This document shows positions 13,775 through 26,413 of a stretch of DNA of 64,000 nt, in pieces. Position 1 is the stretch's first letter. The number at the start of each line of letters is the position of its first letter. The stretch spans positions 73,594,001 to 73,658,000 of the forward strand of contig OZ287750.1 of the NCBI GenBank assembly GCA_965649765.1. The letters are read 5' to 3'. Below the pieces are notes generated by a model. It worked only from the letters and a program-made list of their open reading frames with translations. It was not told the DNA's origin and did not search any database. Origin of the DNA: Bispira polyomma. Taxonomy: Eukaryota. Both the position numbers and the translations under genes were made by a program.

Positions 13775-14470
13775 CAGCTTTTTGGGCGGGTTGTGTGTAA
13801 CCAATGCGCCTATTAGATTGATGTGTCCGATGTCCGTCTGTCTGTCCATCTGTCAACATTTTGGTTTCCGACATTTAAAGGAAAACTATTTGAGGTATCA
13901 TCACCAAATTTGTTGTAGAGGTGTCATGTCAATTGCTTGGTTGGGATGTATTTGGGCCCATTCTGAAAAACAAGATGGCCACCACGGGCCCACAGCCACC
14001 TTCTTGAAAACAGTTTGCGGTCATTTAAAGGAAAAGTATTGCAGCTATCATCACCAAATTCCTAGTGGAGGTGTATCACATCAATAGCTTAATTGGTATT
14101 GTATTTGGGCTTATTCTGAAAAACAAGATTGCTGCCATGGCTGATTCTTAAAAACGGTTTCCGGACATTTAAATAAAAGTATTGCCACTATCATCACCAG
14201 GATTGTATTTGGGCCAATTCCAAAAAACAAAATGGCTGCCACGGCCCCCTTTTTGAAAACGGTTTCCGGACATTTAAAGGAAAATTATTGCAGCTATCAT
14301 TTTCAAATTGGTTATGGAGGTGTATCATATTAATAGCTTGGTTGGGATTGTATTTGGGCCCATTCCAAAAAGCAAGATGGCCGCCACAAAATAATAAACT
14401 TGAAATTTGTTGCTGGACCCTATCCCTGATACCAATTTCGCAACCCGCCTTTTTGAGGTCTATAACCCCA
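13775..14470 (+). mobile_element. Helentron-associated (HINE/pearl-like) non-autonomous element with internal ~150-bp tandem repeats
   Basis: T-run followed by GGCGGGTTG (13785-13793) with its inverse CAACCCGCC (14441-14449); GTCC/GTCT microsatellite near 13833-13853; four core units starting ~13862, 14012, 14156 and 14261. Confidence 0.65.
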
Positions 14471-15214
14471 CTTGTTAAGTTTTTATCTAAAACAGCAGTG
14501 ACAGCACCATCATAACTGTCACAGTTGCATAACATTTATACAGACAGATTTTCTGCATTGTTTCAGCTTGGAATCCTGAGCTAAAATCCACGGAAAATTG
14601 TTTTACTATGCTGACAGTTGTTATGGTGACATAATGCCAAAAAATTAAATGTTATTGGAAAGCTTTCTTGTCACCAAGTTTTGTAAGAAGCTGGTAAGAT
14701 GCACAAGGTTGTGGTATTTTGTAAGAAAAATTAGAAATACTTTAACTTTAAACTAAATGAATGTTGCGACTGCATGATTTTATCTCACAAAAAATTGGCA
14801 ATGCCTAGAAAATGGTGTGCGATTTGAACTTATTTTAAAGTTTCAACCAGAAAATGTAACGAGGCACTATAACTTTGATAGCCATTTTGTATTTATAAAT
14901 ACATTGTGTAATATCTGAAATATAGTGACAGCTAACACTAAGGTTTCAGGAATAAATTTATTCTACACTATTGAATATTTTAAACGTTTTACTATCATCT
15001 TGCATTTTTTCAAGTTTTGTCCAAATGTTTGATTTGTCAATCCTGCAACTTTGTGATATCAGTAATGGACTAGTAAGCTAAGTAAATTTACATTTTAGTG
15101 TAACTTCTAGTGGCAGTCCTTGGTGCCTTAACAGCCTTATGAACCATTGTATAGAAAATGTTAGGCAAACAATATTTTTGCATATGCCAATCATATGTGT
15201 TTCAGATAACAAGT

Positions 15215-18200
15215 ATGGCATCTCAGAAGATTGCTAGTGACAAACCAGCTTTCACAAGCAAAGTTATTGAAATGTGGCGGAAGGAACGTGGATGTGATGT
15301 TACCATATGCTGTAAGGATCATAAAAGTATAAAAGCTCATTCCATTGTGCTGCGATCAGTGAGTGAAAAAATTGATCAGCTATTAGACACTACATCTCAG
15401 GATGTTATCACTTCTGAAACTGTGCCTGTTGATACATGGAAATCACTGCTAGAAATTGTCTATACTGGAGCTAGTGATGCTTCTCTGAAAAGCATTGATA
15501 TTGGAACTGTGAAGGACTTAGCAGGATCTTACGAGATGGAAACTGTTGTACAACAACTGGAGAAGTATAAAGAACTTACCCTGGGGAATAATAGTAACAT
15601 GCAGAGTTGTAGTGAAATAGTAAATAAAGAAAGCGATAACAATGACAGTGACTGCAATCAGAGAAAAGAGAGAGTCGATAGGAAACAAAATAAGTCCCCC
15701 AAGAAGATGACCAAAAGGTCATCAGGTACAAAGCAAAAGGTCAACGAAACAGTGCAAACAACTATGTTAGATATTCCTGAAATTGAAATCGTTGATGATA
15801 TAATTGTAAGAAGAAGTGGTAGAAAGAGTAAGAGATATTTTTGTTCAAGCTGCAAAGAACATTTTGCCACAAAGATGCTGCACGCTGAACATGCTTGTTT
15901 TGGTGATTCAAGTCAGCATGGCCAAAGTGATAAGCGAAAGGCAAAGGGCAGACCAGCACAGCTGAAATCTGTAAAAAGTGACAGAGTGCAGGATATGCTG
16001 CTGTTAAAGACATCCAAGGTGGCGGCCAATCTTGGTGTAACAAAGGACATTATTGAGGATGTAAATGAAAAGGGTCTTTGTGAACATGTTGAGAAGCATA
16101 ATCAGGCGAGTGAAACTAATGATAAAATTCACGGGCAGCTGGATAAAAACTATGGGAATGAAATTGAAGAAGTCAGTGCAACATCTGAGACAAAGGAACA
16201 GCATGGTCAAGATAAAATAAAGGATGGTTCAGCTGAACATCTGTTAATGTCTGAAAACGAAGAAAGAGGTGTAAGACTAGGGGATGATCAGAATGCTGCT
16301 GTTTGTATGAGTGTGATAAAGGAAGAAAAGGCTGGTGAAAAAGATCTGGAAAAGACCGAGAAGCTGAGCAACCTTTACTGTATAACCTGTGATCAGGATT
16401 GTGCTACAGTGAAGGTCATGTGTCTGTACTGTTTTAAGGTAGTCAACAACCTCCACAGTCATCTGACCAAGAAGCACAGATATATCCCTACTGATAGCCT
16501 TAAAATATATTCCTGTCGGACTGAGATCACTAAAAGTATGAAAGACTTTATGGTGTTCATCAAGGAACCAAAGAAAGTTCAGAATAGGGGATTAAGGGCA
16601 GATGAAGAGGACAGGTTATTTCAGTTTAGGTGCAGTAAATGTAGTTTGTTATTTAGCAGTATCCCCACCACCCTTAAACACCTGAAACTGAATCATCCTC
16701 TTCCAAAAGTCTGTGTCTGTAAGACCTGTTGGTGTGGATTTCGTCAGACGGAATTCTTGAAGGACCACAAGCATTACTGCAGTGGTGGGGCTGTATGGAG
16801 GTGCGACCTGTGTGACAAGAGATTCTGGAGGTGGACTGAGTACAGGGCACATATAATGGCTCACCATCCTCACCAAAAAGGAAATCAGTGAGTTTTTGTG
16901 GTATATTACAGTCAAATTTGTAAATAAAGACAAAAGTTAGGATTGTATATCGATATTGGAAATTTGGAATACAGTCGAACCCTGTTAAGTAGAACTCTAT
17001 TATGTCAATTTCCCTTTTATGTAGTGAAGTATCTGCATTCTGCAGTACCACAAATGACTTTTCTTTTAAAATCTGCCCTGTTAACCAAGTGTTAAGTGGA
17101 AGTCCTGGTTAGGTACAGGAATTTATCCTGGTCCCTTGAGGTTTGACATAAAGAGGTTCAGCTGTCCTCTTTCAGTCTTCAAAACCTATATAAAATATAC
17201 AAGACTACTTTCTGTTCCTACATTATGTTTATAACTTAATATGTAACCATAACCTATCTGATGATCTTCGTGGTCTAGCGGTCACAGTGTTTGACATTGA
17301 ATCAGAGGGCCCCAGGTTCGATCCTCGCTGCAGGCCTGGAGATTGTACTCTTGGACAATGTACTTCACACAAACAGGGTTGAAATGAAAAACCCGCCCGA
17401 GTATTACCCGCCCTGGAAAACCCGGGAAAACCCGTACTGGGCAATACCCCTATGTGAGCAATACTGGGCAATACTCCTAAAAGTGGGCAATACTCCAAAA
17501 GGGGCGGGTAATACTCCAAAAGGTGTGTGACACAAAAGTTGTCCCTCTCCACCCAGGTGTATAAATGGGTACCTGGCATAAATGACACATATTTCTCTTT
17601 GGGATAACATTTTTACAACAATTTTCATGATATTTTATGGTTAATAACTTTTAAATTATTAATGCTAACCCTTTAAAGTCCATTTTTACTTGTAAACATA
17701 TTTAGCGGTTCTCACTTCCGGTTTCATTTGGGCAGGTTTTTGTTTGGGAAATATGTTCCAGTTTCTTTACAACTTTTTTTCTATGTCTGATATTTAATTA
17801 AAATTACTTTTCTGTCTGATTATATACTGAATATAAAATTGTTTTATTAGAGCAGTTTTCTCTTTTATAATGTCTTTCAACCAGGTTTGATTTGTAGAAG
17901 AAACATATTTTGACTACAGCATAAAATACTACCATTTACTGCTAGTCAAACATTTAAGTAAATTTGTGTGTGTCCTGTTTCTGAAAAATATATAATCTTA
18001 CCACAAAAAATAATCTCATCAAACATGCAAAAATGCTGAAAGCCTTAGCTTACAATACAATCACTGCCTTTCTACTGTTCTTGATAAACATGCGCCATGG
18101 GTATCAAAAACCCTTCCCCCAACTAACACCCATGAATGGACCAATGCCGCCATTACAGAGGCCAAAAGACACAAACGCCAACTTGAGCGTCAATGGGGAC

Positions 18201-21200
18201 GCACAAAATCCTCCTTAGACAGAAGCCGTTACCGTATCGCCACAAATAATTACAACAGGCTAATAACTGATGCCAAAAAAAAACACTACGACTCCATCAT
18301 CACCGAAAATCAGGATAATCCCACAAGGTTATGGGCCTCCATAAACAAAATTTTACATCGAACATCAGAGAAAGTTCTCCCCATAAACCACTGCCTTACT
18401 TTTTTAGTAGGAAAAATTTGGAAAATTTTTTATAGAAAAAATCAGCAAAATTTGTGACGCCTTTCCAACGATACATCACTTCAATCCTCCAGCCCCAGGA
18501 TATAAGGTTTGTAACCTGTTTCATTTTAGTACACTGTCAGAGCTTGAAGTTCTGAAACTCATCAAATCCTCTACTATTAAATCTTGTGACTTGGATCCCA
18601 TCCCAGCAGTTATACTGAGTCAATGTCTTGACATTCTTGTCACACCCATAACAAATATATTAAATTTTTCTCTTCGGGATGGTGTTTTTCCCACCTGTTT
18701 CAAGATGGCAAATGTAACTCCCTTGATTAAAAAACAAGGGCTTGATAAAAACCAGCTCAAAAACTACAGACCGGTGTCAAACCTCAGCTTCGTCTCAAAA
18801 GTCATCGAGAAAGCTGTAGCTAAACAAATTTCTGACCACCTTAATAGACAAAACATTGAAAATCGCCACCAGTCTGCTTATAGAAAATTTCACTCTACAG
18901 AAAGTGCCCTTTTTTCCATCAGCAATGATATCAATCTTGCACTGGACCGCAACGACACGGTGGCCCTCACCCTTCTGGATCTCTCAGCTGCATTTGACAC
19001 TATTGATCATGTCCTGCTCTACGACACTCTCAAGCAGTGGTTCGGTATAAATGGCAGTATCTTTTAATGGATCAGATCCTACCTCACTCTTAGGGCACAA
19101 AGAATTAAACTAGATGATCACCTATCATCTTCCATAAAACTTCCATATGGAGTACCCCAGGGATCCGTCCTTGGTCCTCTACTTTTCACCCTTTATACAC
19201 ATCCTCTCAGCACTGTCATCAATAAACACAATATAAAACACCACATGTATGCAGACGACACTCAAGTCTATCTCTCCCTCAATCCACAAAACGCAGATAC
19301 CAACATAGACCTACTTGCAGACTGTCTGTCTGATGTCCAGGCGTGGATGAACTACTCCAAACTAAAGCTTAACCCTGACAAAACAGAATTCATCCTCAAG
19401 GAAACAAGAAAAACAGTGAACTCCTAAAATCTTTGTTTCTTATCTCCCTGCTGGGAAAAGACATACTACCTTCCGAAAATGCTAAAAACCTGGGTGTCAC
19501 TTTTGATTCAGCTTTTTTGTTCGATACTCATGTTGCCAACATCTGTCGCTCCTGCTATTACCACATACGTGGCATCAAAAGAATCAAAAACCACTTGTCC
19601 ATGGACACGGCGATAACTGTGGCAAATGCCCTTGTGAGTAGCCGCCTCGACTACTGCAATTCTCTCTTGTACGAAGCAAACAAGTCAAACATTAAAAAGC
19701 TCCAGTCCATCCAAAACTACCTATGTAGGGTCATCTTTTGCCTAGGTTGTCGCACAGACGTCACTCCTTACCTCAAAAAATTACACTGGTTGCCCATTAA
19801 ATCTCGAATTTTGTTTAAGATTCATGTTACCACTTTTAAGGCTGTAGTCACTCAACAGCCACCCTACCTTGCCTCACTTCTTTCCTTCAGTAACCGCAAG
19901 AGAGGCAACAGACTCTCTGTCACTTCGGTCAGACCAATCAGAAAGGCGAGTTTCAGAGCATTCTCCACTGCAGCTCCACGATTATGGAACAGTCTCCCAG
20001 TTGACCTCAGATCAGTTGATACACTTATCAGTTTTAGGAAAAAGCTTAAAACCTATCTTTTTAATCTTGCTTACCCACCTTAGCTTTCCTCGTGCACGCT
20101 CCCACTTCCTTCCTTATGGCTTTGCAATTTCCATGGACTTAATGATTGGACTTATGTTGCGCTTTAGAAGATGCCTAGCATCAATAAAGCGCGTTAAAAA
20201 TCTATAATAATAATAATACCACATATAAATAATAAGTTGTAACTATTAACAATGTATAATTTGTAGGTTAGAAGCTTTACAAGACTGTGAAGATGAGTTG
20301 ATATTTGACTGCAGTCAGTCTCAGATACAAGGTATTGTCTCTTAACCATTATACCAACTTTCTCATATATTATCCAAATGTTCTATTCTATGAACATATT
20401 TCTACTCTTGGCTGGGAGTTTTAATTTCAAATTTGGTAGATATATTCTGTTGGTTACGAACATGGGTTAAAATAAAATTTATAATGGTAACTACAGTACT
20501 TTTGAAATTTATTGGGTTTTGTAGGATTAGCCGAACCATTCTTCTCTTTGACTGTGTAATGGAAAATTTAATTGAATTACTGCTACAAAACTTGCAAGTA
20601 GACATTCTGTTGTAGTTTACAACTTTTGCATGATGCAGTTAAAATGTCTAAATTCTATAATTCATTGGACAGGTCACTGTCATTTGAAACTAGTTCATTC
20701 TACTATCACAGCATTAGGGTGTATTAATGGTATCTTTCTGCTTTATCACGTGAAAAAGTTTGTCAGGTACTTGCCCTAGTGAGTGAGTGTTAAACCTGAC
20801 CATCACAATATGACCAAAGCTGTTGAAAGCGACTTAAAACCCAAATAAATTCAAATTCCTTCAGCTTTAACATTATGTATTCATCTGTGAAAATCCAACA
20901 TGGTCTTGCCCTGCCCACTAGTGTCCAGTAAGTTCTGGAATTGTTCCGTCACCGTGTGTTATTCAGATTTGCTTTTGTTTGTTACAGAGGAGCAGTCATT
21001 AGGTACAGCACTGAGCAGTTTTGAACCAGTAACTGTCATGCGGGATGCACCGTACAAACAAATGTGTATCAGGTGTGGCCTTAACTGTACAGCTAGCAGT
21101 GTCAAGTGTCATTACTGTTGTCAGGTCATAGCAGTACAAGACAAACTTACTCATATGGGAGAGGTTCACCCACTCATTCCACAGCAAAGCCTCTGGCCTG

Positions 21201-24200
21201 TAGATTGCAATAAATATTACAAAACCAACTCATCAGCACCAGAGATGTTGTCTCATCAGGCTTATGTAAAAGAGGGAAACCCTGAGGTTGTTCGAGTGGC
21301 GTATCATTTGTGTGCCTTGTGCAACAAAGAATTCATTTCTCCGGAGTCCTTGAAAAAGCACCTGTCTAAGGTACATAAAACGTCGGCAACCTGTTGTAAC
21401 CAGTGCGGATTGCTGATACGTTCCTCCTGGAGAGCATTAAGCAAAGACCACGTAAATCTCTGTGCTGGAGGCGATTTCGTAAAGTGTCGCCAGTGTGGCC
21501 GCTTCTGTGGCAGTTTTGACAGTGCAAAGTTGCACCAGATGAAATCCCACAGTCCCCAGTACCACGCAGTCAGAAAGGCTCGATCTAGGAAAAGAGCTGT
21601 AGATGATACTGCTGAAGCTGGGACTAAGACGAGCCTTATTAATTTAAGTAAAGGGGTCAATGGCTTTGATATCTTGTGTGTAGGGTGTATGAAGCGGTGT
21701 GAGAGCGAGAAACCTGTGACCTGTCGTCTTTGTATGGCCGTGGTCTCAAAGGATGACATCCACATGAAGTCGGCTCATCCGCATTCACCAGCTGACACCT
21801 GGGTTATTAGCTGTGGAACTCTTCTTGAATCTCTGCATTCTAAAACCAAGTTTTTGATTGGCCAGATGCTTTTAAATAGTTCACATTCCACAAATTATAA
21901 ATGTCTTGAATGTGGCATGTTGTATTTAGAAAGTTCTGAACTGGTAAATCATGTCAAGGAGGACCATGTTGATCCATCTTTACATGGTAATATTGACACT
22001 TGCCAACATTGTCAGTGTGTCTTTGTCAAACAACCTGGAGATGACGGGGCCTTTGAGGATCATGTTCAATTCTGTTCACACGGGAATTTACACATGTGCA
22101 GCTTCTGTGAGCAACGGTTCTCTTCTTTTAAAGAACTTCGTAGTCATGCTGAGACGGCCCACAAAAGTCGGGTAGCTGACCCTACGCATGACCGCAATGG
22201 CGTAGAACAACCTGCCAGTAAAAGTGGTCCACTTGACACAAAAGGTGGAGGTGCAAAGAGACTATATTCAGATGAACTAATTTCCAGTGTGGCAGTGTAC
22301 CTCGGTGGACCTGGAGAAGCCATTTGTGTCACCTGTGGCAGCCAGTGTTCAAATGAGACTGTTCTCTGTCTTTACTGCTTTAAAGTAGTGAAGGATATCA
22401 AAGAACACAGGACACATCTGCATCCATCCCTCCCAGGTCAGAGTTTGACGGTTTACAGTTGTAATGTCCATCTTATGAAGACATCAGAGAGTGGAGATAA
22501 GCGAGTTTCGATGAAGGAGGAGATACATAAAGTTGCTGATACAATAAATATCGGCGCATCAGCAGAAATCTTTGACTGCGACACCTGTCACCAGAGCTTT
22601 GAATCATTAGAGAGGTTAGGGGACCATATCTCATACCAATTCAGATGTACTAAGTGCTGCCTGTACTTTAACACAGTGGAAGACATTACTGGGCATTTGA
22701 CAGCCACGCATCACCACAGTAGTGTGGATGTATGTAAGACCTGTGGTTCTGGGTTTGCTGATAGGGAGTTCCATACAGTACACAGTTACTACTGTCAGGG
22801 AGGCAGGCTGATGAAGTGTGCATGGTGCAGCTGGCTGTTCTGGAAGAAGGAGGATTTCCAAGAACATGTGTCGTTGGTGCACTTAGAAAAACTAAATTCA
22901 AGGTAGAGATTGTTAATGGAAATAATTAGTTTTCAAATATATACTGAACTGTCAGTTTAAATTTAACTGAAATAGAAATTTACTAATTTACAATTTTGAG
23001 GAATCAATTCACCTATTGGCTAGATTTATCCGTTAAAATATCTGTACAATTTGGGAATATTTTTCAAGGTCATTAGCTTAAAAAGATTAACTTAACCCAG
23101 TAAGTTGTAAATTTTTAAAAAATGTTGTAAGACATTATGGGTCGAGCCTAAACATTGATCTTCCGTTGAATTGTTCCACCACTAAAATCAATGGATAAAT
23201 AAATAAAATCTAAATTCAAAAGAATTTTTGTTGCAATTACAAAGTTAATCAGTACATGCGCTTGCGTGATATTTTCTTTTCTTCAATTATCTTGTAATTA
23301 CATTACAGTGATGTCTAAAGATTCTAATTTGTACTGTTTTTATACTTATTGACTTTAATTATTGCATAAGCTGTTTTCCAGTAACAGAAGTCCTGTGATA
23401 AATAATTAAATGTATTTCATTAGTAAATAGTAACTGAGTATGTGACATCTTTCATTATAAATTAAAAAGTTAACAAATTTCTTCTTTTTTTTCAGCAAGG
23501 AAGGTGTAGAAGAATTAAATATAAATGGAGAAATGGGCAATGAACAAAAGCCAAAAAAGAGACGAGTCACTGCAGGTAAGAGTGGAGTAAAATTGGTGCC
23601 GAACTTTAAAAAAGTCATCACCCTGTAACTAACTTTGCTTAACACTTTCGACCCCTATGTTGTTGACTAGCAGGTGATGGTATTTGTTACTCCCAGAACA
23701 CATTTCTTCTGGAAAGATGCAAGGGATTTAGAATATATCTTGTTGCACTTTTATAAAAAAATAACAGTACATTAGTATTTACCTTTTTCAAATGAAAAGT
23801 GTGAACAGTCTTTTGGTAGCTGCTTGTACCGTGTCATTCCCAGTAACTGTTTAAATTTGTATTAATTTTTAACAAAAAATGGCATGTAATTGTTAAAGTC
23901 CTCAGACATTGTAAAGAAGGGAAGATTCTTGGATATTATATGCCTGCATCTAGATGCCCCATTTTATAATTTTAGAAAGTTCCACTGTTGCCAGAAACCC
24001 AGATATACCCAACATTAGTGACGGGTTCACCTTTCATAGGGCAGATTACGAGGAAGTTCCATTCTCCAGAACAGAAGAATACACCAAAGTCTGCTTCTCT
24101 TGCAAAGACAACTGCTCTCAGCATGAGATTCAGTGCGCCTATTGTAACGACATAGTCGTAGCCAGTGGGAAGGTTCAGCACATGCAGGAAACCCACCCTC

Positions 24201-26128
24201 TGATCCCCCCTACAAGTCTCTGGCCAATCAGATGTAAGAATAAGAGTCTCAAGGGCTCTGGACCCGATATCCTCTCCAAGCAAGTCTTCATGAGCACCGT
24301 ACTAGAGGCGTCAGCAGAGTTTGAAGAAGGCACGGTTCAGTTGACCTTGACTAGCTACGAATGTGCCATGTGTGATGTTGAAATCCAGTCAGCTATGCTG
24401 CTGAAGGTACATTTAAAAGAAGTCCATACCGTCGATGCAGTGGAGTGTCCCCAGTGTGGCATGGTCATTCGAAGTTCGTGCCGAGTCATGGTCAAAGACC
24501 ATCTGAATCTGTGTGGAGGAGGGGAGTTTGTGAGGTGTAAGATTTGTGGGAAGCTGTGTGGCTCTGTAGGCAGTGTACACATACACCATATCAAAGTACA
24601 CACGTCCTTTAGCTTGAACCATACCGTCGAGCCGAACTTACCCAGAAGAGCAGTCGGGGAGGTTTTAGAAGGGAAACAGGGCTATAAGATCATCTGCGTG
24701 AACTGTAATGAGACATGTAATACCAATAAGAGACCTGTCAAGTGTAGGCTGTGTAATCTAGTGATCCCCAAAGACGACCTCCACATGAAACTAAAGCACC
24801 CATTCTCCCAGTGCACCACCTGGTATGTTACCTGTCTATACAACATGTTCCCCGAGAAGGGTTTCTACATGGGACAGAAGTTAATGGCATCTGAAGAAGA
24901 ATGTGGTGCACAATACCAGTGTACCGATTGTATGATGACGTTTGAGACACACACAGAGTTAGTCGCCCATATCGAGGAGTCTCACCTCGTTGAAACCTCG
25001 CGTGGGATGATGAAGCTGAAGGTCTGCGAGTATTGCGAAGGTGTTTTCAAGATCATGAACGAATCCTACGCCAACTTTAAGGATCACGTACATTTCTGCG
25101 GAGGGGGTTCGCTCTACAAGTGCGAATTCTGCAGTGAGGTGTTTGGATTCTCTGTCAAGCTAAAGAGACACATCAGTAAATATCACCCCGGAGAGAAGTG
25201 CATTCTCAACAGTTCTTCCAAGGGGGTTAGTATCGGGGGTAGACAGTATGTGAAAGTGGAGCGCGGCGTACAACCAGTGGAAATCCCACCTGGGACCGAG
25301 TTAAAGTGTGCGGAATGTGCCTACAAGTCGCTGAACTATATGGAGCTGAGACAGCACAATAAGAGTAAGCACGGCTATAACCTGCTGCAGCTCAATCAAC
25401 TGTGTCGCTTCTGCTTCAAGGTGTTTAGGAAGATGTCGAGGAGAGAGAAGCACGAACAGAAGGTACACTTGGGAGGACAGAGGTTCCTGTGCGAGGAATG
25501 CGGCACCGATTTCGAGATTAGGTCGCAGTTGCAGCATCATGTGGAGTATCACCACAAGGGGCAGCGAGAAGTCATTGTAAATAGGCAGAAGAGGCTGCGT
25601 ACACAGCAGCCGATTAAAGTGTGTCCCGAATGCGGCGAGACGTTCAAATTGACGTTTTACTACAACCAGCATATCAAGATGGTTCACGAGAAGTCGTTGG
25701 AGTACAAGTGTCACCTGTGTGGGAAGCAGCTGTCGTCTAAGTATAAGCTCAAGATACACGTGGACAGACACAAGGGGCACAAGCCGTTTAAGTGTAACTA
25801 CTGCTCCTATAAGGATTACACTGGGGCTCTGGTGAATCTGCATATCAAGAAAGAACACATGCATTTACAGATGAAGAAACCGCCGGCTCCAGTGGTGAAG
25901 GAAGAGGTGTCTTTGAAGGAGAGGATTGAAAATAGACAGGAAGTACAACCAGAACAACAAGAAGAACAAGGTGTGGAGATACAGACTGAGTATGTTGTAC
26001 AGGAGGACGATGGTGAAGGGCTTAAGGTGGTACAGAACTATTACGACACGACAGAAGTGGAAGTAGAAGGTTCAACAACATCTGTACCAGTACCAGTACA
26101 GTATGTGTATGCAGTACAGTACATGTGA
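15215..26128 (+). CDS. BTB/POZ domain and multi-zinc-finger protein (ZBTB-like), ~1961 aa; coding exons 15215-16887, 20267-20331, 20988-22902, 23496-23575, 23976-26128
   Basis: N-terminal BTB (CDVTICC..IKAHSIVLRSVS..LLEIVYTG), many C2H2/C2HC fingers and a C-terminal canonical array (HKGHKPFKC linker). All introns are GT-AG with matching phases 2/1/2/1; total 5886 nt is divisible by 3. Micro-exon 23496-23575 encodes NLS-like PKKRRV. Confidence 0.85.
17268..17585 (+). mobile_element. tRNA-derived CORE-like SINE interrupted by a ~160-bp repeat-rich insert
   Basis: A box TGGTCTAGCGG, B box GGTTCGATCC; CORE-like segment CTTGGACAATGTACTT...CTCCACCCAGGTGTATAAATGGGTACC is split by an insert at 17374-17529. 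Confidence 0.65.
18020..20217 (+). mobile_element. 5'-truncated L2/CR1-group LINE with RT domain (stops and frameshifts) in the first coding intron of the BTB-ZF gene
   Basis: NYRPVSNLSFVSKVIEK, QSAYRKFHSTE, LLDLSAAFDTIDH, GVPQGSVLGP, YADDTQVY, LHWLPI, FRKKLKTYLF; 3' end GCATCAATAAAGCGCG followed by a (TAA)n tail. Confidence 0.93.
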
Positions 26129-26246
26129 GAGAAGGCTGGTGTTGGTGTGTACTTCTTTGTGTACAATTTACAGCACAAAATGTGTCGTTTCTCTGTTTTG
26201 TAAAATTCTAGGCAAAAATAAAAAACTACAATTTGTAAATGAAGTA

Positions 26247-26413
26247 TGGTAGAACTTATTTTATCCAAACTTCTATGCACCTCTTTCCTCTCTCCCAAAT
26301 ATATATTTTCCAATCGTTTTTCCTTGAAATGCCTTTTCTATTTTACGAACCTTCCATTATCCTAGAAAAATGTTGCTCTCCCAACATGTTTGGATAATAG
26401 AGGTTCTACTGTA
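26247..26413. mobile_element. Tc1/mariner(pogo)-type MITE in the BTB-ZF 3' UTR region
   Basis: GTAGAAC...ATCCAAAC left end and GTTTGGATAATAGAGGTTCTACTG-TA right end; same family as 60123-60321. Confidence 0.65.

Noticed and set aside
25301-25864. 187-aa antisense ORF and similar short antisense ORFs over exons and TEs
   Set aside because: They are shadows of coding sequence on the other strand, with no recognisable motifs.
15158-26128. Three separate zinc-finger genes, as the ORF track implies
   Set aside because: Each ORF boundary coincides with a splice site, and two micro-exons join them in frame.
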